From positions 83,011 to 147,010 of the forward strand of contig DFBZ01000060.1 of NCBI GenBank assembly GCA_002366835.1: 64,000 nucleotides of DNA, written 5' to 3'. The notes beneath the pieces are model-generated. The model did not search any database and was not told the origin of the DNA. It saw nothing but the letters and a program-made list of their open reading frames with translations. Made by a program: the position numbers and the translations under genes. This DNA comes from Gammaproteobacteria bacterium UBA3067. Its GTDB lineage: Bacteria; Pseudomonadota; Gammaproteobacteria; Pseudomonadales; UBA3067. Every line of letters begins with the position of its first letter. Position 1 is the first letter of the stretch. Shown here in pieces: positions 7,670-17,408 of this stretch.

Positions 7670-10114
7670 CTAAACCTCCTGCTTGTTTTTTGGAAGTATC
7701 CAGCAAGCTAAAGCCGGTAATACAATAATAGCCCCCACCATATTAATCAAAAACATAAAGGTTAATAGCACCCCCATATCTGCCTGAAACTTTAATGCTG
7801 AAAATAACCAGGTAAAAACTCCTGCCGCCAGTGTAAGACCGGTAAAAATAACCGGCTTGCCTGTAAGTCGCATCGCCTGGTAATAGGCCTCCTCAAGAGG
7901 CAAGCCCTGCTTTAGAAGCCCGTTTAAACGGCTATAAATGTAGATACCGTAGTCCACGCCTATCCCTACTCCGAGCGCAGCAACGGGCAAGGTAGACACC
8001 TTCAGACCAATATCCATTACCGCCATCAGTGCGTAACATAAAATGGAAACCAGACCCAAGGGAAGAATAATACATAGGGTTCCACGTACACTTCTAAATG
8101 TAATAAGACACAATAGGAAGATGGCAACGTAGACATAAAGCATAATGGGTAATTGTGCTTCTTCAACCGCTTCATTGGTTGCCGCAATAACGCCTACATT
8201 CCCGCTAGCCAAATTCAGTTTGAACTTTTCTTCACTTAAACCTGAGTCGAATTCTTTTATGGCCGCCATAATAGATTCCACCGTTTCGGCCTGATGATTC
8301 CGAGTAAAAATTAATACTGGCATCGCATCACAAACGGCATTTAATAAGCCAGTTTTGGTGGTAATAGGTGAAATTGATTGCGAAATCACATAACGGTTAC
8401 GTGATAGCACCTGCCATTTTGGACTGCCCTCATTGTATGCAGCATTAATTTGTTTTGCCGCAACCGGAAGGGATATCACCGATTGCACACCTGGCAAGTT
8501 GCGTGCGTACCAGCTAAAGCGATCGATTGCATCCATCACTTCATAATTAATACAACCATCTTGTTCAGTGCTGACGATGATAGATAATACATCCACGCCA
8601 ATTTCAAAATTATCGGTAATTGCACGCGTATCGAGGTTATAGCGTGAGTCTTCGTGCAACTCTGGAACGCCTTGCTGTAAGTCACCAATTTTTAAGTCCT
8701 GACTTTTCCAATACCCGGCACCCAATAATAAAGCTGTCACTATAAGAGTTGCTATAGACCAACGTGGCCGAGTAAATTTTGCCAACCAATGCCATAGCTT
8801 ATCTCGCTTATCCTCGGCTATACGCCGAGACTGCCTATAGGAATCAATATTTTTAATTTGGGTATAAGACAGTAAAACAGGCAGTAAAATAAGATTTGTG
8901 AGAATAATAACCGCCACCCCTATACTAGCAGTAATGGCCATTTCACGAATAATACCAATATCAATCAGCATGACGGTTAAAAAACCGATGGTGTCACTCG
9001 CCAGCGCCAAGGTTCCCGGAATAATAAGGCGGGCAAAAGTGCGCTTCGCTGCATCCATACTTCCTATACCGGACGTGGCATCATTAATAGCCACGAAAGC
9101 GTGCCCTTCATCTGTATCACCGCCATATAGCACTTCCCCCATCCAGCCGCTAATCATCTGTACGCCATGACTAACACCGATAGCAAATACCAGAAACGGC
9201 ACCAATATACTCATGGGGTCGATGCCATAACCCAAAAACGTGAGTAATCCAATTTGCCAAACCACAGCAATGGTAGAACAAAACAGAGGGAGAACGGTTA
9301 GGCGCAATGAGCCAGAGTACCCAAAAAGAAGCAACCCGGTAATTACAAACGCCAAGCCAAAATATAGTACGACACTTTTTACACCATCCGAAATATCGCC
9401 CACAACCTTGGCAAAACCAATGATATGAACATCAAGCTGTTGTGTTTGATACTTCTCACGAATATCCTTTTCAAGGGCAGCGGCTACCGCTTGGTAATCA
9501 ATTTTTTCTCCGGTTTCAGGGTCTCGGTCCAATAGCTCAGCCGTTATTAGCGTGCCACTGAAATCTTGAACAACTAAACGTCCAAGCTGCCCCGATTTAA
9601 TAATGTTTTGCCTTACTTGTTCGAGCATCTCATTGCTCGTATTAAAGCGCGAAGGGATAACCGGCCCACCATTAAAACCATCTTCTACAACTTCGGTGAA
9701 ACGTACATTTGGTGTAAACAGTGATGTAACGCGTGCTTTATTAATACCGTTTAAAAAGAAAACCCCGTCGGTTACATCCTTTAAGGTGTCAAAGTATTCC
9801 GGCGTAAAGATATCACCCTCTTTTTGAATAAGCGCAATAATAATCCGATTGCCTCCTCCAAACTCATCCCTGTAGTCCAGCAGGGTTTGAATATAGGGGT
9901 GCTTAAGCGGCAACATTTTTTCGTACCCAGCATCCACCTTTAAATGGGTTGCCTGGTAGGCCAGAAAAAGGCTGGTTAATACAAACATCACCAACAGAAG
10001 AGGACGAAAAGAGAACACCAGTTTTACAATCATTTCTTTTAATTTTTTTTCTAGCATCGCATTAACACCATTTACTAAGGAGGTGAATAGATAAGAAACT
10101 ATGTCGAATATCAA
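7670..10114 (-). CDS. RND/MMPL-superfamily inner-membrane transporter
   Basis: 814 aa with two blocks of ~6 hydrophobic helices, each preceded by a large soluble loop (SSD/MMPL-like topology). TTG start abuts the upstream gene's stop. The ATG at 10057 is an alternative start. Confidence 0.8.
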   Translation of the reverse strand: MIFDIVSYLFTSLVNGVNAMLEKKLKEMIVKLVFSFRPLLLVMFVLTSLFLAYQATHLKVDAGYEKMLPLKHPYIQTLLDYRDEFGGGNRIIIALIQKEGDIFTPEYFDTLKDVTDGVFFLNGINKARVTSLFTPNVRFTEVVEDGFNGGPVIPSRFNTSNEMLEQVRQNIIKSGQLGRLVVQDFSGTLITAELLDRDPETGEKIDYQAVAAALEKDIREKYQTQQLDVHIIGFAKVVGDISDGVKSVVLYFGLAFVITGLLLFGYSGSLRLTVLPLFCSTIAVVWQIGLLTFLGYGIDPMSILVPFLVFAIGVSHGVQMISGWMGEVLYGGDTDEGHAFVAINDATSGIGSMDAAKRTFARLIIPGTLALASDTIGFLTVMLIDIGIIREMAITASIGVAVIILTNLILLPVLLSYTQIKNIDSYRQSRRIAEDKRDKLWHWLAKFTRPRWSIATLIVTALLLGAGYWKSQDLKIGDLQQGVPELHEDSRYNLDTRAITDNFEIGVDVLSIIVSTEQDGCINYEVMDAIDRFSWYARNLPGVQSVISLPVAAKQINAAYNEGSPKWQVLSRNRYVISQSISPITTKTGLLNAVCDAMPVLIFTRNHQAETVESIMAAIKEFDSGLSEEKFKLNLASGNVGVIAATNEAVEEAQLPIMLYVYVAIFLLCLITFRSVRGTLCIILPLGLVSILCYALMAVMDIGLKVSTLPVAALGVGIGVDYGIYIYSRLNGLLKQGLPLEEAYYQAMRLTGKPVIFTGLTLAAGVFTWLFSALKFQADMGVLLTFMFLINMVGAIIVLPALACWILPKNKQEV

Positions 10115-11083
10115 TCACTTTAGAGAAAACCGATTGACCCCTCGCGTACCCACGATTAACAGTTCATTTTTTTCAGTTACAACGCTAGCAACCAGATCAT
10201 GAAAGCCAGGGAATTCCAATTTTTTATAATTCTTATTCTGCGCGGTCTTTTGCAATACCACGCCTCCTTGGCCCAGTAAAACAGAACCTCCATCTGCTAA
10301 CTGCACATGCCCCATTAGTCCATTGATGACCGATACAGGTTCTTTTTCCCAGTTCGTACCAAAATCCGATGAGCGATACACCTGCCCTCTAAGCCCGAAA
10401 GTGATCAGTTCGCTATCTGTCGTTTGGGACAAACCGAACATTGATCCACCATAAGGTAAGTGAAGTGTTTCCCAAGTTTCCCCGTGATTATTAGAACGAA
10501 GGAAAGTACCACTTTCTCCTACTAGAAATAACCACTCATCCATTACGAGCGCGGCATTGATATGGCGATCAAATTCATCCGGTAAGGTGCGCTCTTGCCA
10601 ACTAAGACCATGATCTTTTGTTTCCAACATTAGGCCATAAGCACCCACGGCAAAACCACAACAAGCATCATAGAAAACGATGTCTAACAGCGGGCTTTCT
10701 TTTTCTGGTGCAGCATAAACAATTTCCCAGCTTTCCCCCGCATCGCTACTTTTTAGTATCACCGCATCATGCCCCACCAACCACGCTGTATTTGCATCGC
10801 TAAAATAAATTGCGGTAAGGGTCGCTTGTGAAGGAACTGGCATTTGCTGCCAGTTTTCACCATCCTCAGAGCGGATCACGATACCCCACTCTCCTGCAGC
10901 AAAATAATTATCACCACTTTTGGTGATATCCAGCAACAATGCTTTATCCGCTAAAGGGGCAGTAATAGCAGGGCGTTGTGACGGAAATTCACTCACATTT
11001 TCGCCATAAGACCCCAAAGGGCTTACTGCAAAAAAACCAGCAAGCAAATAAGAAAGTGAGTTTTTAAATTTAAGGAAATCCAC
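10115..11083 (-). CDS. BNR/Ycf48-like beta-propeller protein (secreted)
   Basis: Signal peptide. Five SxDxGxxW (BNR/Asp-box) motifs: SEDGENWQ, SSDAGESWE, TKDHGLSWQ, SNNHGETWE and SSDFGTNWE. Confidence 0.75.
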   Translation of the reverse strand: MDFLKFKNSLSYLLAGFFAVSPLGSYGENVSEFPSQRPAITAPLADKALLLDITKSGDNYFAAGEWGIVIRSEDGENWQQMPVPSQATLTAIYFSDANTAWLVGHDAVILKSSDAGESWEIVYAAPEKESPLLDIVFYDACCGFAVGAYGLMLETKDHGLSWQERTLPDEFDRHINAALVMDEWLFLVGESGTFLRSNNHGETWETLHLPYGGSMFGLSQTTDSELITFGLRGQVYRSSDFGTNWEKEPVSVINGLMGHVQLADGGSVLLGQGGVVLQKTAQNKNYKKLEFPGFHDLVASVVTEKNELLIVGTRGVNRFSLK

Positions 11084-11122
11084 TGCACATCTCCAAACTT
11101 GGGTGTCGGAAAAAGAGGGCTA

Positions 11123-11205
11123 CTATAAGCCACTGCGACAGAGAATCACAACGGCTTATAGGAAGAATAGATATTCACGAAACCACACTATTTGGCTTCG
11201 TGAAT
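11123..11205 (-). terminator. Two intra-operon stem-loops between the DUF1329 and BNR genes (attenuator or mRNA-stability element)
   Basis: Plus-strand sequence. Hairpin 1 at 11123-11161 is CTATAAGCC...GGCTTATAG (9 bp). Hairpin 2 at 11173-11205 is ATTCACGAAACC...GGCTTCGTGAAT (11/12 bp). On the transcribed strand the second hairpin is followed by AUCUAUUCUUCC. Confidence 0.4.
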
Positions 11206-11220
11206 GGGGTAATGGAATGG

Positions 11221-12594
11221 CTAGCGAATGCCTTTTGATCGCAAACGGTTAGGCGTCCAATAAGAGGCAGGTTTTTTAAAGGTGAAATTTCGTGGCTTAT
11301 AGGCGTTATCCAAGCCTTCCACTGAGTAGCGTCCTGACTGCAAGTCGTAGGTTGCTTGTACTGTAGTAGTCATAATGGGCAAGGTGTACAGGTTGAAAAT
11401 CTGACCATCCTGATAACGCCATAGTTCACCCTGATTATCATAGATATCTACCTGTGCAATAGTCCAGCTATCTTCATCAATATAGAAAACACGCTTGGCA
11501 TAAATATGGCGCTCTTCAGGTTTAACGGTTGCTTCTACTACCCACACTCGATGTAGCTCATAACGGCACAAGTCTTGATTAATATGCCCTGGCTGAATCA
11601 TCGCATCGGTGGCAATCTCGGATTCATCCACTTGGAAGTTATAACCGTTATAGCCAATATACATTTCCCGCTTGCCCAGCAACTTCCAGTTGTAACGATC
11701 CAGCGAGCCACCAAAACCATCGGTTTGATCTCGCGTCATTAAACCATCAGCAGAGGGTGCATCATATGAGTATTCAGGCGCACGCCGAACCCGCCTTTGC
11801 CCTGGGTTATAAATCCACGCTTTCGCAGGCTCTTTTGCTTGGTTAATCGTGGCGAGAATGAGGTTCATACTGCCCGCTATCCTTGCTGGCGCTTCAGTAC
11901 GCTGAATTGCCTGCACACTAATATTACCAAACTCTTTTGGATCAGAATTAAGCTGGCCATATCCATAAGTCAATTCACGATACTGCACATTCAGCACGTA
12001 CTTACCATCAGGTTCAACAATGGCTTGGTTTGCATAGTAAATAGCACCGTCGCCACGATAGCGAATAGTATGATTCCAAATTGCCTCCGCGCCATTTTGA
12101 GGAATGGGAAAAGGAAACCCAGTGCCCACAACATTTTGTAAGCCGTAATTCCCATCGTCGCTTAACTCAACCTGTGTTGCACTTTGCAGTGTTCGGTCAT
12201 ACACATTTTGAGGGTAAGATGCAGATCTCCTTGTCGTATAAATGGGCATTTTGAATGTTTCGGGGAACTTTTTAAACATCGCTTTCGCACCTTCGGAAAG
12301 CTGCTCTTCATATTTTGAATAGTTACTGGCATCGATGGTAAAAAGAACCTTATCGTCAGCAAATTTATTCTTATGCCGCTCCCCCGGTGGCACTGTTTCC
12401 TGAGGAATTCCTCCTTGCCACGAAGGAATAGTTCCTGCCGCGTTACCCGCTTTTTCTGCACCGACTGGCGTTAACTCTTGCCCCAGCTTAGCCGATTCTT
12501 CCTGGCTGACTTTGCCGTATGCGGGCATTGTTGCAGTGAATGAAATTAAGGAGGAACCTAGTATTGTACTTGTAATTATTGTTTTAATTTTCAT
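11221..12594 (-). CDS. DUF1329-family (LolA-like) periplasmic or outer-membrane protein
   Basis: Signal peptide. The C-terminal region YELHRVWVVEATVKPEERHIYAKRVFYIDEDSWTIAQVDIYDNQGELWR is characteristic of DUF1329 as I remember it. Sits next to a DUF1302 gene. Confidence 0.75.
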   Translation of the reverse strand: MKIKTIITSTILGSSLISFTATMPAYGKVSQEESAKLGQELTPVGAEKAGNAAGTIPSWQGGIPQETVPPGERHKNKFADDKVLFTIDASNYSKYEEQLSEGAKAMFKKFPETFKMPIYTTRRSASYPQNVYDRTLQSATQVELSDDGNYGLQNVVGTGFPFPIPQNGAEAIWNHTIRYRGDGAIYYANQAIVEPDGKYVLNVQYRELTYGYGQLNSDPKEFGNISVQAIQRTEAPARIAGSMNLILATINQAKEPAKAWIYNPGQRRVRRAPEYSYDAPSADGLMTRDQTDGFGGSLDRYNWKLLGKREMYIGYNGYNFQVDESEIATDAMIQPGHINQDLCRYELHRVWVVEATVKPEERHIYAKRVFYIDEDSWTIAQVDIYDNQGELWRYQDGQIFNLYTLPIMTTTVQATYDLQSGRYSVEGLDNAYKPRNFTFKKPASYWTPNRLRSKGIR

Positions 12595-12608
12595 AGAAAT
12601 ATATCCTC

Positions 12609-14135
12609 TTAGAATGCGTATTTGGCATCAACGGTAATAATATCGCGGTCTTCATAAACACTGTCGCCAAAATAGTCGACGTAGCTGATGCTTGTTGACC
12701 AGGTGTCTACAAATTTTGCCTCAAGGCCCACTTTTATTTTTTTACTGTTATCACTAAACGGCCCCAATGTACCCTTTAGATTCCAGTCATAAGACACATT
12801 GGGCGCTAACGTGATGCCTTCATAGACATCATAATAATCCACCGTCACTAAGCCCGTCACACTCCAAGCCTCACCATCAATACCAGGATTTACGGCATCA
12901 CCTTCAAGCCAGGCCACACCCGCTTCTGCTACGACGGTGATACGGTCAGAACCGAGTACATTATTGAAAAATCGGGTTGCTGTTGTCTGCGCCTGGTAAT
13001 ACCCCATACGCTCATGGGATACCGCAGGTTGTCCAGTTAGTAACGCACCAAAAATACTCGATGATGGCATTGCTACAACAAAATTGGGACGATAGGAGAC
13101 CTCCCCTTGTAATGCTGCTTCTCCTACTTGGTAGTTATAACTTATGCCGTATAAACGTGTTTTTTCCGGATATTCCCAGAAATATGAGGCTGTACTTAAT
13201 ACCGGCACAGGACCCGCAGCAAAAGCAGTCACCGGGCTACCATTTAAGACCGGCGTTTGATTATGGTAGCGTACAAAATAAAAACCAAATTCGGCATAAT
13301 CAAGCTTTGGTATCACTGTCGAAAGCCGTATTCCGAATTGACCGTCATCACTTCCGGTATTATCGGCACCCTTCGGCACACCCCCTAACATTTCATAACC
13401 GGGAATAAACAAATCACCACCATCGCCTTCACCTAGGAGGTCGCTTGGGCTAAAGAAAGTACCCACTGGCGGCAGCTCTGTTTCATCCCATTCACTTTGG
13501 TAATAAAACTCTAAGCCGGTATAGGGAAGGATGTCAGGAAAAGAAAACCAGGCAATCGGCGCAGGAAGCAATCCTTCCTTAACCTCAGAGCCAGGCATCA
13601 GCAAACGCCCTACATCAAGGGGATTAATGGAGTTTATTCCTCCTTGAATAAAAGTACTTTCACCCCAGCTAACCACCTGATTACCAAGCCGCGCCTCAAG
13701 GGTTTTCTCTCCAATCATAAATGTTGAGAACAAGAAAGCATCCAGCAAGCGTAAATCATGGCCAAGGCGACCTTTTGCTTGTTCGGGAATTTCCGCATCA
13801 CTTTTATCTTCAATAGCTGAGTCATAAAGATAGGTGAAGCGAACAAAGGCACCACGTGTATCGTTGGCAATTTTAATATCGTTACTGCCTTTTATAGGCG
13901 AAGAAACGATGTCATTTTTTTCAAAGTTAGCGTCTCCTTTCGAGCCTGCAGCCAACACAGGATCTGGGTCTGTAGTGCGTACGCTAATACCGGCTGAAAG
14001 GCTGGTATCTATGTTTGCTTTGTAGCTGCCAATATCCATCTCAAATGAATATGCAGAGCCTGATGCAATACTCATCGTTGCCATGAACACCGCCGTCTTA
14101 AGCCTGGAAGTTGTTTTTATCGTTGTTTTATTCAT
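12609..14135 (-). CDS. DUF1302-family outer-membrane beta-barrel protein
   Basis: Signal peptide ending SAYS/FE. Alternating beta-strand pattern. Terminal ...VDAKYAF with a C-terminal aromatic residue, the OMP sorting signature. Confidence 0.75.
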   Translation of the reverse strand: MNKTTIKTTSRLKTAVFMATMSIASGSAYSFEMDIGSYKANIDTSLSAGISVRTTDPDPVLAAGSKGDANFEKNDIVSSPIKGSNDIKIANDTRGAFVRFTYLYDSAIEDKSDAEIPEQAKGRLGHDLRLLDAFLFSTFMIGEKTLEARLGNQVVSWGESTFIQGGINSINPLDVGRLLMPGSEVKEGLLPAPIAWFSFPDILPYTGLEFYYQSEWDETELPPVGTFFSPSDLLGEGDGGDLFIPGYEMLGGVPKGADNTGSDDGQFGIRLSTVIPKLDYAEFGFYFVRYHNQTPVLNGSPVTAFAAGPVPVLSTASYFWEYPEKTRLYGISYNYQVGEAALQGEVSYRPNFVVAMPSSSIFGALLTGQPAVSHERMGYYQAQTTATRFFNNVLGSDRITVVAEAGVAWLEGDAVNPGIDGEAWSVTGLVTVDYYDVYEGITLAPNVSYDWNLKGTLGPFSDNSKKIKVGLEAKFVDTWSTSISYVDYFGDSVYEDRDIITVDAKYAF

Positions 14136-14421
14136 CCAGCATTCCTCTCATTATTAATCTTAAAGCGAGCAGGCAAACAAACACCTGAGAAACTTTTCCT
14201 GATATTCATAAAGTATAATTATTACTTATAATATTGAAAGTTCAAGAAAAAAACTATTTTTCAAAGGAAAACTTCCAGTATGAGTAAAGCTTGTAGTGTA
14301 ATTGGCTAGCTCATAGCCCACGAAGAGTGCTTGGTATTACAAAAACCAGCACTAAAGCCTGGCGCTTCAACCATCAAGGATTTTATTTACGAGTTTTGCA
14401 GGGGCTGCTTAATGGAAAAAG

Positions 14422-16029
14422 CTATTTTCCGAACGTAATACCTTGCGCGAGAGGCAGTGTATCGCCGTAATTTATGGTGTTCGTTGTCCGGCGCATGTAA
14501 TTTTTCCAGGCGTCTGAGCCAGATTCTCGACCGCCTCCTGTTTCTTTTTCGCCACCAAATGCTCCGCCAATTTCTGCACCAGAGGTGCCTATGTTCACGT
14601 TGGCGATGCCACAATCAGAGCCTGCGGCAGAGAGAAATAATTCTGCTTCTTGCAACTTGTCAGTAAAAATTGCGGAAGACAAACCTTGAGGAACATCATT
14701 ATGAATGGCTAAGGCCTCGTTAAAATTTTCGTATTCAATTAAATAAAGCAGGGGCGCAAAGGTTTCTTGTTTTACGACTTCTGCACTGGCGGGTACTTTT
14801 ACCAAACCGGGCGTACAATAAACACCCTTCTTACCGACTCCCTCTTTATAACGGGAAGGACGGATAAGAATTTCTCCCCCCTGACCTACCGCTGCATCTA
14901 AAGCCGCTTCCATTTTCTGAAAGGCCTGCTCATCGATAAGCGGCCCGAGCAAGGTATTTTCCAGCCGGGGGTCACCGATGCAAATATGTTGATAGGCTTG
15001 TTTTATTTTCGCCACGCAGTTTGCAGCAATAGACTGGTGGGCGACCAGACGGCGCAGCGAGGTACAACGTTGCCCCGTGGTGCCGATTGCTGAAAAAACA
15101 ATACCCCGAATGGCCAATTCCATATTGGCGGAAGGGGTCAGCACGATGGCATTATTACCGCCCAACTCAAGCAGATAACGGCCCAGGCGCCCAGCAACTG
15201 TTTGTGCGACTGCACGCCCCATAGGGATAGAGCCGGTGGCTGAAATCAGCGGCACTTGAGGGTGGCTGGCCAATGCCTCGCCGGTGGGCTTTTGCCCCAG
15301 CAGCACAACAGACAAACCCTGCTTCACTTGGTCTGGAATTTCAGGCACTTTTTCCATTGCTTGAATCAACACGCTCTGACAAGCCAAGGCGCAAAGCGGC
15401 GCTTTTTCAGAGGGTTTCCAGATAAGCGAATCGCCACATACCAGGGCCAGCATGGCATTCCAGGCCCACACGGCCATAGGGAAATTGAATGCCGTGATCA
15501 CCCCCACCGGCCCAAGCGGATGCCATTGTTCCATCATACGGTGATCAACACGCTCGGTGGCGATGGTGAGGCCATATAACTGGCGGGATAAACCCACCGC
15601 AAATTCACAGATATCGATCCACTCTTGCACTTCACCCAGCGCTTCTTGTTTGATTTTTCCCACTTCCAGAGTAATTAATTCCGCTAGGGGTTCTTTATTC
15701 TCTTTTACCACCTGCGCTATCGCGGCCACCAGCTTACCCCGCTGAGGCGCGGGCAAACATCTCCAGGTTTTAAAGGCGATTTGGGATTGCTGAACGCCAA
15801 GGTTCACCGCCTCATTAGGCAAAGCAGAAATTTCTGCCAGCTGAGCCTTATCTATGGGAGAGCGAACGATCGCATTCTCGACGCCACTAGGAGTTGAAAC
15901 AAGAGGCTCTCCCAAGCCGTTAATGCTGGAGAGATAAACACCCTGATGTTTAAACCGGCTAAGCTGCAGTTTTTCCTCTAGCTGCAACAATGACTGTGCG
16001 CTTGATGCTTGTTCCTGTGTTGTAGACAT
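14422..16029 (-). CDS. amaB: ALDH7-type alpha-aminoadipic semialdehyde / piperideine-6-carboxylate dehydrogenase
   Basis: The C-terminal GGEKETGGGRESGSDAWKNYMRRTTNTINY matches the antiquitin (ALDH7) signature. ELGGNNA and the catalytic Cys context GQRCTSLRR are present. Confidence 0.85.
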   Translation of the reverse strand: MSTTQEQASSAQSLLQLEEKLQLSRFKHQGVYLSSINGLGEPLVSTPSGVENAIVRSPIDKAQLAEISALPNEAVNLGVQQSQIAFKTWRCLPAPQRGKLVAAIAQVVKENKEPLAELITLEVGKIKQEALGEVQEWIDICEFAVGLSRQLYGLTIATERVDHRMMEQWHPLGPVGVITAFNFPMAVWAWNAMLALVCGDSLIWKPSEKAPLCALACQSVLIQAMEKVPEIPDQVKQGLSVVLLGQKPTGEALASHPQVPLISATGSIPMGRAVAQTVAGRLGRYLLELGGNNAIVLTPSANMELAIRGIVFSAIGTTGQRCTSLRRLVAHQSIAANCVAKIKQAYQHICIGDPRLENTLLGPLIDEQAFQKMEAALDAAVGQGGEILIRPSRYKEGVGKKGVYCTPGLVKVPASAEVVKQETFAPLLYLIEYENFNEALAIHNDVPQGLSSAIFTDKLQEAELFLSAAGSDCGIANVNIGTSGAEIGGAFGGEKETGGGRESGSDAWKNYMRRTTNTINYGDTLPLAQGITFGK

Positions 16030-16031
16030 TC

Positions 16032-17132
16032 TTATATCCCCCTCCCGTTTCCCACTTGGTAATATTGACCAAAACGGTTGGCCATAAACGCATCAAAGCT
16101 CACCTGCTCCTGACGCACAAAACCCTTGGCCGGTAATTCTCCTTGCGTATGCAAATCAAGAATCGCGCACAAAGAGGCGGCAGTGGTGATCTGAATGGAA
16201 CTCCAGGGTTCATCAAAAAGTTTTCGGTTGTACACTTTTCTGACATTGCTTTCCTGCTCATAAACTCCGTCGCGCCAACCGTCTACCTCGCAGGCCACCA
16301 GCACCACATCCTGCTTGGTAATAGGCACTGCCTCTTCCAGGATTTCTTTCAGCAACTCTCTGCGGCGATTCAGCTTTAAACTACGGGTAAGAAAAGACAT
16401 CAAGTAACAATGCCCCTGGTAACGCACGGTTTTGTAATCCAGAGAAGAAACTTTACCCTCCAGGGTTTCGCACAGCGTGCCCAAACCACCCGAGGTGTTA
16501 AACGCCTCGTAATCAATACCGTCGAGGGAAAAACGCTCGAGTCCTTCGAGTGACTGAACCATCACCCTTTCACCATCGAGAATGGCTTCGCAGGGATTGC
16601 AGTATTCGTTAATCAGACCATCCGTAGACCAGGTCAGGTTGTACATCATCATATTGGAAGGAAACTGGGGTAAGGCACCAACGCGCATTTTGACTTTTGA
16701 TACGCGTTCAAATTTATTGAACATATGGTGCCCCAAAATACCGATAAAACCAGGCGCCAAACCGCATTGCGGCATAAAGACCTGCCCTTCTTTGGCCTCT
16801 CGAGCTAGTTGACGAATAGAGGTCGTGGTTTCAACATCTTCGGTCAGATCAAAATAGCTGACCCCTGCCTTGAGGGCAGCTTTGGCAATACCATGACTAA
16901 AGTTAAATGCACAGGCGGATACCACCGCATCGTGCTGGGAGAGAGCTTCGACCAAGGCTTTTTCATTTGCCACGTCGAGTATTTTTTTGCAGATCGCAAA
17001 GCGGTCTTCGAGGCGGTCTAGCGCTTGCTGCTCGGCATCCACCAGTGTCACGTGATAATCACCACACTCAGCCAGCAGTTTCGCGATAGACGTACCGATT
17101 TTCCCCGCTCCAAGAACAATGACACGCTTCAT
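16032..17132 (-). CDS. Saccharopine dehydrogenase-family enzyme (probable L-lysine 6-dehydrogenase)
   Basis: Rossmann motif VIVLGAGKIGTSIA. 366 aa. Only 2 nt upstream of the ALDH7 gene. Confidence 0.7.
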   Translation of the reverse strand: MKRVIVLGAGKIGTSIAKLLAECGDYHVTLVDAEQQALDRLEDRFAICKKILDVANEKALVEALSQHDAVVSACAFNFSHGIAKAALKAGVSYFDLTEDVETTTSIRQLAREAKEGQVFMPQCGLAPGFIGILGHHMFNKFERVSKVKMRVGALPQFPSNMMMYNLTWSTDGLINEYCNPCEAILDGERVMVQSLEGLERFSLDGIDYEAFNTSGGLGTLCETLEGKVSSLDYKTVRYQGHCYLMSFLTRSLKLNRRRELLKEILEEAVPITKQDVVLVACEVDGWRDGVYEQESNVRKVYNRKLFDEPWSSIQITTAASLCAILDLHTQGELPAKGFVRQEQVSFDAFMANRFGQYYQVGNGRGI

Positions 17133-17408
17133 AATGGATACCTCTTATTGTTTTAGTGGGCATAACCAACACCCTCGTTAAACAGGCGATTTGCGGTCTT
17201 ATTTATGAGTTTAGCAGTTCGTAAAACCTCTTCATGTTACAGCAGCTTATCGCATTGCAAACAAAGCCTTGCTTCCTTAGCCCCCTACAAAGAAGCTGGA
17301 CTGAAAATTTCATTACGGTTACAGTTAAGGGCTATTTAGACAATCAGGTCATCAGACACTTGCGCCGCAAGAACACATGCAGCGCAAATAATAAAAAAGG
17401 AGTAGTGA

